Below, piece by piece: positions 36,202 to 52,452 of a stretch of DNA of 64,000 nucleotides. A program made the translations under genes and the position numbers. Position 1 is the stretch's first letter. Each line of letters begins with the position of its first letter. The stretch lies in NCBI GenBank assembly GCA_002269645.1, contig NIVC01000665.1, positions 346,033 to 410,032 on the forward strand. The letters are read 5' to 3'. The stretch is from Macrostomum lignano (taxonomy: Eukaryota). Under the pieces are notes generated by a model. The model was not told the DNA's origin and searched no databases. It worked only from the letters and a program-made list of their open reading frames with translations.

Positions 36202-39200
36202 ATGGTGAGTTGTCTGTCTTCTTTTTAAATGATACAATCTGATGTTTTTTTTCAACTTAAGCTTAACAGTACCGTTGTAAATTATGTGGGCCAGGCCTCA
36301 GGCCAGGAATTTTGTCCCTATCTTAGGCTATCTATAGTAGGCCTAGGCTATTATGATCAAGTCGTCAAGAGGTTGTTTTTGAATATGGCATTATGGCAGC
36401 TGGCACAACAAGCCTTAAGTTTCGGCAGCAAAAAATGATCATGTTGGGGAGTAGAGATCTATGACATGTTAAGATAGGTCTGCAGCAAAGCTTCAGTGTA
36501 AATTTGGGTTTTTTTTAGATTTCTCTCTTCTCTCCTCCTTTATCTCTATCATCTTCTCTTGTCTCTTCCCTCTTCGCTCCTCTCTCCTCTTGTCTCTGCC
36601 CTCTTCTCCTCTTTCCTTTCTCTTGTATTTGCTCTCTCAGTTCTCTTCTTTTATCTTTGCTCTTTACTCTCTCTTCTCTCTCCTCTCTTCTCACTCTACT
36701 TTCCCCTCTCTCAACACTTCCCTCTTCTCTCCTCTTTCCTCTCTCCTATCTACTCTTTCCTGTCTCATCTCTTCTCTCTCATCTCAAATTTATACTCCTA
36801 TTTATTATCTCTTTTCTATCAATTCTCTTGTCTCTTCTTTATTCTGCTATTCTCTTTACTTTTTCTTCTTACTCTCTCATTTGTCATGTTATCTCTATGC
36901 CATCTTATCTCTCTTTTCTTCCTTTACTCTCTCCCCTCTCCTCTTTTCTCTTTTTCTCTCTCCCTTTTTCTCTTTTCCCTTGCTACTCTCTCCTTCCTCT
37001 CCCATTTCTTCACAATTTTCTTGTGATTTAAATTCACTATTTAAATTTAAACTTATGTAATTAAAACAAATTAAACTTAATGTGAAAATTTCCATTGTGT
37101 GACTAATTTAGTAGGATTATATTGTATTGAATTACTTTTTTATAAATCTTGCTTTTATAAACCATGTTGCATTGCCTTGATTTGCCAATTGCCACCCACT
37201 GTTAAACTACTACAAAGTTTGCCTATACAGAAGGCATGGGTTAGAATTTCTCACTAAACTATCATGGCTTAATGTAGCACATGCTATAAATAAAGTTATT
37301 CCAAAACACTGTATATTGCCATTTAAAGAATTGTTAAGATATTATAACCTAGAGAGGAATTGCTAAGAAATCTGTTTATAAAAGGTCAAATCATAGGATA
37401 AATTACTAAGATATCAAGACTAAGAGGTCAGAGGCTATGTATTGTCTTTATTTATTCAATTCTTTCTTGGCTTCCTAATATTGCATTTTGCAATTAAATT
37501 AGGCCTAAGTTTGAATTTACCTAGTTTATACATTTTGTCATGTCTACTATTATTAGTACATTATTTATATCTAACAAATGATAAGGTGTTTAAAAGTGAG
37601 AAAAAAAGAATAGCCTTACAGTCTGATTTTATGCTAGTAGCATATAGTTTATTGTAGAAACTATAGTAACATGTATCCTACCTACCTATGGCAGCTACCA
37701 CTATGCCTATAGGAAACAGCTGCTCCAATGGCTAAAACCATTGAAATATAAAGATTTAAAAAAGAAGCCATTGTTTTGCTAAAAAAATTTAGACAAGGTC
37801 AAAAAGTTTTCAACCCCTGTACCCTGCATTGAAAAGTGAAAAATTCATCTTAACTTCAGCCTCTACTATCCAACTGCAGTGTGGGAATCTTGTTGAAATT
37901 GCTAAAAGCATACTAGCAAGCCTAAACCTATTGTAAACCTGTATTGTACTGTATTGCAAACCTATTCTACATAGAGCGTTCAAATAGTAGTAAGAAGTTG
38001 GCTCAGGCGATTAGCCTGTTTGGCCAATATATTATAGAGCTGTGTATTTGAAAAATTTTTCAAAATAGAGGTTTATAAAGATGATTTGACGACGATTGCA
38101 TGACGAACGTTATTGTAAAAGATAAAGTATTTGAAAGCGCGCCAGAATTTTTACGGTATTTTTTGGACGAAAAGTGACGACTAACAACGAGTATAAATAT
38201 TAATACAAAAATGAGTACAAATAACGAGGTATTAGCTTTAATTGCGAGATTACTTTGATTACGATAAGTTGCGAGTAAAGTTCGAACGAAAAATTCAAAA
38301 GAGAAAAAAAAATAACTATTTTATGCCAGTATATCAAAGCATATAACCGTAATTACAATAGCAGTATTTTTGAAAGCGCTTTTTTTGAATAAGTAACTGA
38401 AAAGCAGATTTATTACACTGCTAATGTATCTGATTCAGTTTGTTTTACTGTTTTAGCTATTCATGACTTCATATATTTTAGCTACACCAGTGAGCTCTTT
38501 TCTGACTCTTTTTTCATTTGTAGCATATCCTAACTTGTGTACTTGCTTGTCATTTAAGAGGTACTGACAGAAGTATTTTTTTCTGATCTTTTCAGTTTGT
38601 GGACATTCGGTCAAGTAGTGTAGAATATCGGAACCATTTCTCGCTCCACACAGTCTACATGGTTCTTGAGAGAAAATGTTGGGTGTAATTTCGCATTTCA
38701 GTTTTAGGAGGGTTGTTAGGAATTTTTTGTTTCTAAAAGTGCATGGAAAGTAATCTGAAAGGTCGGGCCTGCAGATTTTTTTGTAGAGATAGGCGTTTTT
38801 GTAGAGTTTAATATGTTGCTGATTCTCTAGCTTTTGGCTAAGTTCTCTTTCTCTGTGTATCTTGAGGTGCTTTTTCACTAGGTATTTCTCGTTATTAAAG
38901 CTTTGGGAAAGTTTATCTTCAGTTAGTGCTTTTAAGTCAATACTTTCCAGTTTCTTTAGTACATTTGTTTTCCATGGATTTTTTTGGCCATAGGATATTA
39001 ATGATGAAAGCTTTAAAACTTTGCCCTACAATATCATGGGGAACTTTTGCTACTAGATGGACTGAATTATAAAACATTTCCAATATGTACAGCACCTGTC
39101 GAATCGCAGACTGCGCAACTCTACCAACCACTCTATGGCACCAACCGCACAACTAGGTGAACTTTACTGTTGGCCAAATTCGCTCCATGATGGACAACAA

Positions 39201-42200
39201 GCGGAACATCCGCAACATGTCCGTCATTGCCCACGTCGACCACGGCAAGTCGACGCTGACCGACTCGCTGCTGTCCAAGGCCGGCATCATCGCCTCGGCC
39301 AGGGCTGGCGAGACCAGGTTCACGGACACGCGAAAGGATGAGCAGGAGCGGTGCATCACCATCAAGTCGACTGCCGTGAGCATGTACTACGAGCTGAGTG
39401 AGCCTGACGTGAATTTTGTCAAGACCCTGCAGGAGGTCTCGAAGCGCAGCGACGGAACTGACGAGTGTGGCTTCCTGATCAACCTCATCGACTCGCCCGG
39501 CCACGTGGATTTCAGCTCGGAGGTAAATTGGCTTTTTCATTTTCCTTACACCTCGTTGGACCACGAAACCTTATTACTTTAACTCCTGCAGGTGACGGCC
39601 GCTCTGCGTGTCACCGACGGCGCCCTGGTCGTCGTGGACTGCAACTCCGGCGTGTGCGTGCAGACGGAGACGGTGCTTCGGCAGGCCATCGCCGAGCGCA
39701 TCAAACCAGTGCTGTTCATGAACAAGATGGACTGCTCGCTGCTGACGCTCAAGAAAGGCAAGGAGGATCTGTACCAGCAGTTCCAGCGAGTCGTGGAGAA
39801 CATCAACGTGATCATCGCCCAGTTCGGCGAGGAGGGCGGCCCCATGGGCAACATCTTCGTGTCGCCGGAAAAGGGCACCGTCGGCTTCGGCTCCGGCCTG
39901 CACGCTTGGGCCTTCACGCTGAAGCAGTTCGCCGAGATCTACGCCTCCAAGTTCAAGATCGAGCCGGAGAAGCTGATGAAGCGACTGTGGGGCGACAACT
40001 TCTACAACACGGAGACGAGGAAGTGGGTGAAGACTCAGGAGAGCGACAAGTGCGTCCGGGGCTTTATCCAGTTCGTGCTGAACCCCATCTACCAGGCAAG
40101 TGTTGCTTCAGTACACCTTTCATATTATTGTTAATGGCTTGACAGTATGATCACTTTATACTGAACCTGATGATCTAGTTTTTCTGGCGGAGATTACTTT
40201 GTATTACTCGTATTTATTATCGAAAGTTTTCATTTTCTCGCTCCGTCTGTAAAACCTGCGCATGATGACCTTATACTGCCCCAGGCTGAGAGAAATATTA
40301 CTTAATGAGGATTCAGTCTGTCTGATTCGCAGCAGGTAGTTATTGTTAGTTTGAGCTTTGCGAATACTTTTTTATTGCATGGTTTCGGTCAGTTCTCTGG
40401 GATTGCTTCTCCGCGATAACGAAAATTCACTTTGTGCCATCTGCTCCACAGATGTTCGAAGTAGTGATGGACAAGCCTATCGAGGAGGGCCTGAAGCTGG
40501 CCGAAAAGCTCAACATCAAGCTGGACGCTGAGGAGCGCGAGCTGAGCGGCAAGCCGCTGCTCAAGGTGATGATGCGCAAGTGGCTCCCAGCTGGCGACAC
40601 CCTGCTGCAGATGATCGCCATCCACCTGCCGTCTCCCGTGACCTCCCAGCGCTACCGCATGGAGCTGCTGTACGAGGGACCCCACGATGACGAGGCCGCC
40701 ATCGGCATCAAGACATGCGATCCGAAGGCGCCGCTCATGATGTACATCTCGAAGATGGTGCCGACCTCCGATAAGGGCCGATTCTATGCCTTCGGTCGGG
40801 TGTTCTCCGGAGTTGTGAGCGCCACCAAGGTGAGAATCATGGGCCCCAACTTCGCGCCGGGCAAAAAGGATGACCTGTTTGAGAAGAGCATCCAGCGCAC
40901 TATCCTCATGATGGGCCGCTACACCGAGCCTATCGAGGACGTACCTTGCGGCAACATCTGCGGTCTCGTCGGCGTCGACCAGTTCCTGGTGAAGACCGGC
41001 ACCATCACCACCTACGCCGCTGCGCACAACATGCGCGTCATGAAGTTCAGCGTGTCGCCCGTCGTTCGCGTCGCCGTCGACTGCAAGAATCCGTCCGACC
41101 TGCCGAAGCTGGTCGAGGGTCTGAAGCGCCTGGCTAAGTCCGACCCCATGGTGCAGATCTACAACGAGGAGTCCGGCGAGCACATCGTTGCTGGCGCTGG
41201 CGAGCTGCACCTGGAGATCTGTCTGAAAGATCTGGAGGAGGATCACGCCCAGATCCCAATCAAGACCGGTGATCCCGTTGTGTCTTACCGCGAGACTGTC
41301 ACTAACGAGAGCAACCAGGTTAGTGGCCTAGATCTTCTGTGTAGGAGTGAGACCATTAGCTACTGACTGTCAGCATTAGCTACTGATGTCAGCATTACAT
41401 GTGTAGCTACTGACTGTCAGCATTAGCTACTGACTGTCAGCATTAGCTACTGACTGTCAGCATTAGCTACTGACTGTCAGCATTAGCTACTGACTGTCAG
41501 CATTAGCTACTGACTGTCAGCATTAGCTACTGACTGTCAGCATTAGTTACTCAGTACATGAGCATTATCTACTAAATACATGAGCATTAGCTACTGAGTA
41601 CATGAGCATTGGCTACTGAGTACATGAGCATTGGCTACTGAGTACATGAGCATTAGCTGCTGAGAACATGAGCATTAGCTACTGAGAACATGAGCATTGG
41701 CTACTGAGTACATGGGCATTAGCTACTGAGTACATGAGCATTGGCTACTGAGTACATGAGCATTAGCTACTGAGAACATGAGCATTAGCTACTGAGAACA
41801 TGAGCATTGGCTACTGAGTACATGGGCATTAGCTACTGAGTACATGAGCATTAGCTACTGAGAACATGAGCATTGGCTACTGAGTACATGGGCATTAGCT
41901 ACTTAGTACATGAGCATTAGCTACTGAGAACATGAGCATTAGCTACTGAGAACATGAGCATTAGCTACTGAGAACATGAGCATTAGCTACTGAGAACATA
42001 GGCATTTAATACTAAGTCAGAATATCAATGACCGTCGTCTCTTGACCCCTCTAGACCGTGCTGTCAAAGTCGCCCAACAAGCACAACCGGCTGTACATGA
42101 AGGCCCGCCCTCTGGACGAAGATCTCTGCAAGGACATTGACGATGGCAAGATCGCGCCCCGCCAGGACGCGAAGGACCGCGGCCGCATCCTTGCCGACAC

Positions 42201-43602
42201 CTACAGCTGGGACGTGACCGAGGCTCGCAAGATCTGGTGCTTCGGGCCGGACACCAACGGTCCCAACCTGGTTGTTGACGTCACCAAAGGTGTGCAGTAC
42301 CTGGCCGAGATCAAGGACAGCGTTGTAGCGGCTTTCCAGTGGGCCACCAAGGAGGGCGTCTTGTGCGACGAGAACATGCGCGGCTGCCGCTTTGACATCT
42401 GCGACGTGACGCTGCACACCGACGCTATCCATCGTGGCGGCGGCCAGATCATCCCGACTGCTCGGCGCTGCTTCTACGCCGCCGTGCTGACCGCGGAGCC
42501 GGCCCTGCTAGAGCCGGTGTACCTGTGCGAGATCCAGTGCCCGGAGAACGCTGTTGGCGGCATTTACGGTGTGCTGAACCGTCGGCGCGGTGTTGTGTTC
42601 TCCGAGGAGCAGGTGAGAGTCTTCACACTTGTTAATGGATCTTCTCGTTAATCTTCATATCATCTAATTCGTTGTTTTTTTTTAAATTTGGTCAATCTGA
42701 AGTTTCGAGCTTGAGTAGTTTCGAGCTTGAGTAGTTTCGAGCTTGAGTAGTTTCGAGCTTGAGTAGTTTCGAGCTTGAGTAGTTTAAAGCTTGAGCAATT
42801 TCGAGGTTGAGCAGTTTCGAGCTTGAGCAATTTCGAGGTTGAGCAGTTTCGAGCTTGTGCAGTTTCGAGCTTGTGCAGTTTCGAGCTTGTGCAGTTTCGA
42901 GCTGTGCAGTTTCGAGCTTGAGTAGTTTAAAGCTTGAGCAGTTTCGAGTTTGAGTAGTTTCGAGCTTGAGTAGTTTAAAGCTTGAGCAGTTTCGAGTTTG
43001 AGTAGTTTCGAGCTTGAGTAGTTTAAATCTTGAGCAGTTTCGAACTTGAGCAGTTTCGAGCTTGAGCAGTTTCGAGCTTGTGAAGTATCGAGCTTGAGCA
43101 GTTTCGAACTTGAGCAGTTTCGAGCTTGAGCAGTTTCGAGCTTGAGCAGTTTCGAGCTTGTGAAGTATCAAGCTTGAGCAGTTTCGAACTTGAGCAGTTT
43201 CGAGCTTGAGCAGTTTCGAGCTTGAGCAGTTTCGAGCTTGTGAAGTATCGAGCTTTTGAAACGCCCCTCATAGACTGAGAGTGCAATTTTTTGTTAGTGG
43301 CGTCCTATTCCGATTTCCAATCGATCCCCTCCACAACCTCCCTCTGCCAGGTGTCCGGCACCCCGATGTTCATCGTGAAGGCCCACCTGCCAGTTAACGA
43401 GAGCTTCGGCTTCACCTCGGACCTGCGCCAGGCCACAGGCGGCCAGGCCTTCCCGCAGTGCGTGTTCGACCACTGGCAGGTGATGCCTGGCGACCCCCTG
43501 ACCGCCGGCACTAAGCCCAGCCAGATCGTGCTGGACACCCGCAAGCGCAAGGGCCTGCAGGAGGGCATCCCGCCGCTGGACCGCTTCCTGGACAAGCTGT
43601 GA
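36202..43602 (+). CDS. EEF2: Eukaryotic translation elongation factor 2 (~849 aa). Exons 36202-36204 (ATG only, inferred), 39157-39522, 39592-40095, 40452-41318, 42055-42612, 43351-43602
   Basis: [56 protein letters not shown], diphthamide loop [14 protein letters not shown]-terminal [13 protein letters not shown]...FLDKL. An ATG-only first exon is typical of eEF2; AAGATG|GTGAGT at 36202 is the best candidate. Confidence 0.97.
36520..37020. repeat. ~500-bp polypyrimidine/polypurine low-complexity tract in eEF2 intron 1
   Basis: Mostly C/T on the plus strand. Confidence 0.9.
38453..39100 (-). mobile_element. 3' remnant of a non-LTR retrotransposon ORF2 in eEF2 intron 1
   Basis: CCHC knuckle [20 protein letters not shown] preceded by LLKLKCE; antisense to eEF2. 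Confidence 0.6.
41355..42000. repeat. Bipartite minisatellite in an eEF2 intron: 20-bp CATTAGCTACTGACTGTCAG then 22-bp CATTAGCTACTGAG(T/A)ACATGAG
   Basis: Tandem copies seen directly. Confidence 0.95.
42700..43255. repeat. 15-bp minisatellite GAGCAGTTTCGAGCTT-type in the last eEF2 intron
   Basis: Tandem copies seen directly. Confidence 0.95.
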
Positions 43603-44324
43603 GCCGGCAGGATCAGCGAATGCGATCTGACAGGCTGACTGACCACAAACTCTTGCTTTATCCCGATGCGCGGACCCTCCGTTCTTGATATATTGGGCGT
43701 TAGTTACCGTGTGTCTCTTCTATCTAACTATGAATTTTGCCTAACAATCTAAGTTAGTTATTGTCCTATTGTGCTCTGTTCTGTGCGGATGCGAGCGGCA
43801 GAGCAGCTCCGGGTGCGGGTCAGCCCTAGTAAACAGATTGTTAGACTCCATCAGTTTGCATCCCAAAATATGCAATCCACCTTAGCTGCTCTGCCCTCCA
43901 GTTCCGATAAAAGATAATTATTATACTAAACCAGAAAACTAACAGCCGCCGCAAGATTCTCCCGCTGCCGTGTTTTTCATTTTCGACACGTTCGTGTTAC
44001 GCTTTTTGACTCTTTAACCAACCTCTGGCTCGCTGAAATTTATTGACTCAAATTATTTCTATAATTATGAAAATAAATATATAAAAAACCCACGCGCAGT
44101 GAAGTGAAGCCCGATTGCTTGGAATTTTTGACTAAAATCATTTCAAGCTTGTGGCCTGACGCGAGTGTGCGAGTAGCTGTGTGCTCTCTACTGTGTGTTT
44201 GACAGCGCGCGTGAATTTAAATTGATTAACAAAAAATATGAAAAAATTATTGACGCAATTTTTAGTTCGATGTGGAGTTTCTTCAGATTTTTTTATTTTC
44301 ATTCTACCATTGCATGCATCTCCA

Positions 44325-46512
44325 TTCCCCTGATTATCACTCACAATTCCCCTGATTATCACTCACAATTCCCCTGATTATCACTCACAATTCCCCTGAT
44401 TATCACCTACAATTCCCTGATTATCACCCACAATTCCCCTGATTATCACTCACGATTCCCCTGATTATCACCCACAATTCCACTGATTATCACTCACGAT
44501 TCTCCTGATTATCACCCACAATTCCCCTGATTATCACCCACAATTCCCCTGATTATCACTCACGATTCCCCTGATTATCACCCACAATTCCACTGATTAT
44601 CACTCACGATTCTCCTAAATATCACCCACAATTCCACTGATTATCACTCACGATTCTCCTGATTATCACCCACAATTCCCCTGATTATCACCCACAATTC
44701 CCCTGATTATCACCCACAATTCCCCTGATTATCACTCACGATTCCCCTTATTATCACTCACAATTCCCCTGATTATCACTCACAATTCCCCTGATTATCA
44801 CTCACGATTCCCCTGATTATCACTCACACTTCCCCTGATTATCACTCACATTTCCCTTGATTATCACTCACAATTCCCTGATTATCATTCACGATTCCCC
44901 TGATTATCACTTACAATTCCCCTGATTATCATTCACGATTCCCCTGATTATCGCCCACAATTCCCCTGATTATCATTCACGATTCCCCTGATTATCACTC
45001 ACACTTCCCCTGATTATCACTCACACTTCCCCTGATTATCATTCACGATTCCCATGATTATCATTCACGATTCTCCTGATTATCACCCACATTTCCCTGA
45101 TTATCACTCACAATTCCCTGATTATCACCCACAATTCCCTGATTATCACTCACAATTCCCCTGATTATCATTCACGATTCCACTGATTATCACTCACAAT
45201 TCCCCTGATTATCACTCACAATTCCCTGATTATCACTCACAATTCCCTGATTATCACTCACGATTCCCCTGATTATCACTCACATTTCCCCTGATTATCA
45301 CTCACAATTCCCCTGATTATCATTCACGATTCCCCTGATTATCACTCACAATTCCCTGATTATCACTCACAATTCCCTGATTATCATTCACGATTCCCTG
45401 ATTATCACTCACAATTCCCTGATTATCACTCACAATTCCCTGATTATCACTCACAATTTCCCTGATTATCATTCACGATTCCCCTGATTATCACTCACAC
45501 TTCCCCTGATTATCATTCACGATTCCCCTGATTATCGCCCACAATTCCCCTGATTATCATTCACGATTCCCCTGATTATCACTCACACTTCCCCTGATTA
45601 TCACTCACACTTCCCCTGATTATCATTCACGATTCCCATGATTATCATTCACGATTCTCCTGATTATCACCCACATTTCCCTGATTATCACTCACAATTC
45701 CCTGATTGTCACCCAAATTTCCCTGATTATCACTCACAATTCCCTGATTATCATCCACATTTCCCTGATTATCACTCACAATTCCCCTGATTATCATTCA
45801 CGATTCTCCTGATTATCACCCACATTTCCCTGATTATCACTCACAATTCCCCTGATTATCATTCACATTTCCCTGATTATCACTCACAATTCCACTGATT
45901 ATCACTCACAATTCCCTGATTATCACCCACATTTTCCTGATTATCACTCACAATTCCCCTGATTATCACTCACAATCCCCTCGATTATCATTCACGATTC
46001 CCCTGATTATCACTCACAATTCCCCTGATTATCATTCACGATTCCCCTGATTATCACTCACACTTCCCCTGATTATCATTCACGATTCCCCTGATTATCA
46101 CTCACAATTCCCCTGATTATCATTCACGATTCCCCTGATTATCACTCACACTTCCCGTGATTATCATTCACGATTCCCATGATTATCATTCACGATTCTC
46201 CTGATTATCACCCACATTTCCCTGATTATCACTCACAATTCCCTGATTATCACCCACATTTCCCTGACTATCACTCACAATTCCCCTGATTATCATTCAC
46301 GATTCCCCTGATTATCACTCACAATTCCCTCGATTATCACTCACAATTCCCTGATTATCACTCACAATTCCCTGATTATCACTCACAATTCCCCTGATTA
46401 TCATTCACGATTCCCCTGATTATCACTCACAATTCCCTCGATTATCACTCACAATTCCCTGATTATCACTCACACTTCCCCTGATTATCACTCAAAATTC
46501 CCCTGATTATCA
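44325..46512. repeat. ~2.2 kb satellite, 21-22 bp unit TTCCCCTGATTATCACTCACAA (~100 copies)
   Basis: Tandem copies downstream of eEF2. Confidence 0.97.
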
Positions 46513-47334
46513 AACAAAATTCGTAATCCGCTTCTAAACTGCTTTGAGAACAAATTTATCCCAAATCTATCATTATTGAAATGGCAACTGAAGTTGTGAT
46601 TGTACTTCATAATGTCAAACATGCAGAAGTACAATAATTACCGCAGAGTCATGGCCGGCTGCATGGTAAAAATTGCAGCGCAGTCTGACCAAATAACGGA
46701 AAACTACAGTACTCTCGGTTTACTGCAACGCTTCTCCTACGATTCTACAGGGCCTCGTGTGTGAGCAGTCAAAATGCAAGTACAAGTGCACCGGGTCTTT
46801 TCTATCTGGTTTCCAGCTTATGCTTGTGGAGGGGAGAGGGACGAGAATCCAGTTTGGCTGCGGGCTGTATCGGTGCGCAGCATTACTTGGCAATATTTTA
46901 GGGCTAGCTGTCACTAGAGTTCTATTTTTAGAACACTGGTGTCCCGCAAGGCCGAACGTAGATCCACTGCGTGATTGTTTTGAGTGGTCATTGAGGAGGC
47001 CCAGTTGTGCAATATTTCTTAATTCTGCTGGTTTGGCGTTATTTTTTCTTGAGTTTCTAAACTTCATTTTTATCTGGCTATTGCAAATTTCTGTCTTACG
47101 ATTTCCGTACAAAACCAGCTATTGCGATTGCAACAACGGGATGCAATTTCACACGGTATTATGTAAATTATAATTGCATTATGTCTACAGTCTACTGTGA
47201 GTAAAAAGTAACGAAACATGTTAGCCATAGTAAACGCTTCTTGCAGAACTGCTTCTCATTTGACAAAACCGCAGGAACTAGCAATTATTTTTACCCTTTA
47301 CTCGTCTGTCCACAATCTATTCACCCTACTCTCA

Positions 47335-47900
47335 GCAGCCCAGTGGTCCAGAGCGGCGCTCTGGTGTGCCAACGGCTCAGGCTCGATTCGACGTTCAGTC
47401 ACATTAATTTGGGGCTAAACTGGAATCTCGACTTGCAATTAACCAACCCCCAAGGCACAGTGAAGTGTACTTGCCTTAACGATAAGTTAGGGCCGCTGTA
47501 AACTCCTGTGTGAGTGTGTGCCTGTGCGTATGACTGCGTACGTATCCGCGCGCTTGTGTGCCTGCTCAGGGGAGTCGGCGGAATGGGCAGTAACGCCTCT
47601 CGCCGGTTGTGTGACAATGTCGCTCAAAGTGCGCCAGGGTGCACACAGCCCCCTGCTTCTAAAAAACGTCGGTCGCGCCGTCCTTGCCTGTAGGGGGCCT
47701 GCGACGACGTCAGCAGCTCCTGCATCGGTCGTGGGAAGTACGACTCGATGCTGATAATGTGGCCAGCTGGAGTCCACCAGGTCGCTTGGATGGGCCGGGC
47801 CGGCGCGGTGATGCAACGATTCTCTTGTCGCAAATCTCGAGAGGCAATCCAGAGGTGCTGTGCCCCAATCCTCTTTCCAGCTCTGAAACCCCCATTCTAC
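47335..47900. mobile_element. Possible tRNA-derived SINE (plus, ~47335-47530) next to a decayed RTE-like 3' fragment (minus, ~47600-47900)
   Basis: A/B-box-like CAGTGGTCCAGAGCGG...GGCTCGATTC with TG-rich tail; AGHIISIESYFPRPMQELL...PYRQGRRDRRF resembles RTE C-termini (AGH...R.RG). Confidence 0.35.
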
Positions 47901-48532
47901 GCTTTTATTGATAGTAATTGCAGGAGCGGCTGCGGGCACCCTGGCGCCAACGCGACACCGTCCCACAACCAGCGCTTACGGCAATCCTGCCCATTCCCCC
48001 AGTGGACTCCTGAGAACATACAAAATCTCTATAGCCAGCGTGGGTCGTTCGAGTGTTTAGGCTCTGTTTAAAAGAATCAGGTTCCGTTCTAATTAGAGAG
48101 ATTTTTTTCTTGAACGGGATCACAGAAAGCCTTGAGAAACTGCCCAGTCTGCGCCCATACCTGTTCAGTTCGTTTAGCAGTCCTTGACGTCAACTGCGCT
48201 TCATCAACCTATGCATAAAACGGTTGCTGCCCGTTCTACTGAAGCCAAATTGCACTTTTTCTTCTATGCCTGCCAGTCAAGAACGACAGATGAATTATGC
48301 TATTTTTAGCTGCTCAGAGGATGACCCCCCAGGCTACAAGGCGGACTCACAGCTGCTTCTCGTGTTGCTACATGCACCCATAAGTACACCTTTTGTCGGA
48401 ATATGACTTGTGCTCACACCCGCCCTCCTTGCTTTCGCCCAAACCCCCCGATTTCACAAGAAGCACGACAATATTTTTAAAGCTCAAACTGCTTCGGCAT
48501 CAATAGGCTTAACAGGCTACTGCGGTTAGTAA

Positions 48533-49344
<812 letters not shown>

Positions 49345-49442
49345 TTTATTTAGAAACTGCTGTGTAGAAGCGACTTGGCCCATAGACTGCACGTCGAGTG
49401 CGTTGTATTGTTTTATCGCCGCACTTACAATCTGATCTCGCC

Positions 49443-51432
<1,990 letters not shown>

Positions 51433-52086
51433 GGCGGCAGCGAAACTTTCACTTTTTTGTTTTTATTTTCATGTTCAAACGAGCAAATAAACAAATTAAT
51501 GTGGACATTCTTTCAGCTGCTGTTCATTTCTGTTTCATATTGGTGGATTCAGACTAGTTAAGGTCTTTTTTGTAAAACGTAAATTATAGTGAACAGCGAG
51601 ATTTTATTCAAGAACTCTTGCGGCATGTTAGCTAAAAAATCGTGGACTTCGATACGGTAAAATAGCGATTTCCACATAATGAAGTTCTAAAAAGCTAAAA
51701 GATGCACATGCAAAGTAAAAAGTTGATCGCTAATACGCTCAATATTTTCTCCGATTGGAGTACAAAGCTACAGGGTCTCTAAAACAGCAGCTTTCTTACT
51801 CGTTGAGCCACTGAGTCCAAGCACTGGGTCTAGTCCATACTTGGACGGCGCCCTACCAACGACCGACCAACCAACCGACCAACCTCCAGCCAAAACCAGC
51901 ACTAATCCTTTGGAATGCTAACCCCATGCAGTGCGCGCCCACACCCACGCTTCAATTGTAGGAAGCCCTCGGCAGTCTTATTCTGCCGATCAATTTGGCT
52001 AGTAAAAATCAATAGCCCTTTTTTGCATGCGTTTTGCTATATCGATTGTTCATGACGGATGACTTGGGCGCAAGGATTTTCAGCTT

Positions 52087-52089
<3 letters not shown>

Positions 52090-52153
<64 letters not shown>
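52090..52153. repeat. (CT)n microsatellite upstream of SVOP-like copy 1
   Basis: Seen directly. Confidence 0.95.
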
Positions 52154-52158
<5 letters not shown>

Positions 52159-52452
52159 CTCCCCAGAGCAGCTCTATACTAACAGCTGTAAAACACTGTG
52201 CTTGCCTGGCTCCTTCCACATTCCTATCCGGCCATATCCATAGAAATCTAATCGCTTTTAAGCTCCCACAGCTTACGTTTCTGGGAGCGTTCTACACTGC
52301 GCAGCGAGCCTTTTAAAATAGAAATTTCAGATTCCAAAACGACTGAACGGAGAGAAAGTTGCTCAAAATTCCGGATCTAAAAGAGCTGCTTCAGATTTGC
52401 TCCGATTCAGCGTAATCCTTCGCAGCTGCAAACACTACAAGGAAGAAGCAGC

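Noticed and set aside
36559-37060. Hydrophobic Leu/Ser/Phe membrane-protein ORFs
   Set aside because: Translation of the C/T tract in eEF2 intron 1
39133-41246. Minus-strand ORFs over eEF2 (and over ECM29 and SVOP exons)
   Set aside because: Shadow ORFs produced by GC-rich codon bias
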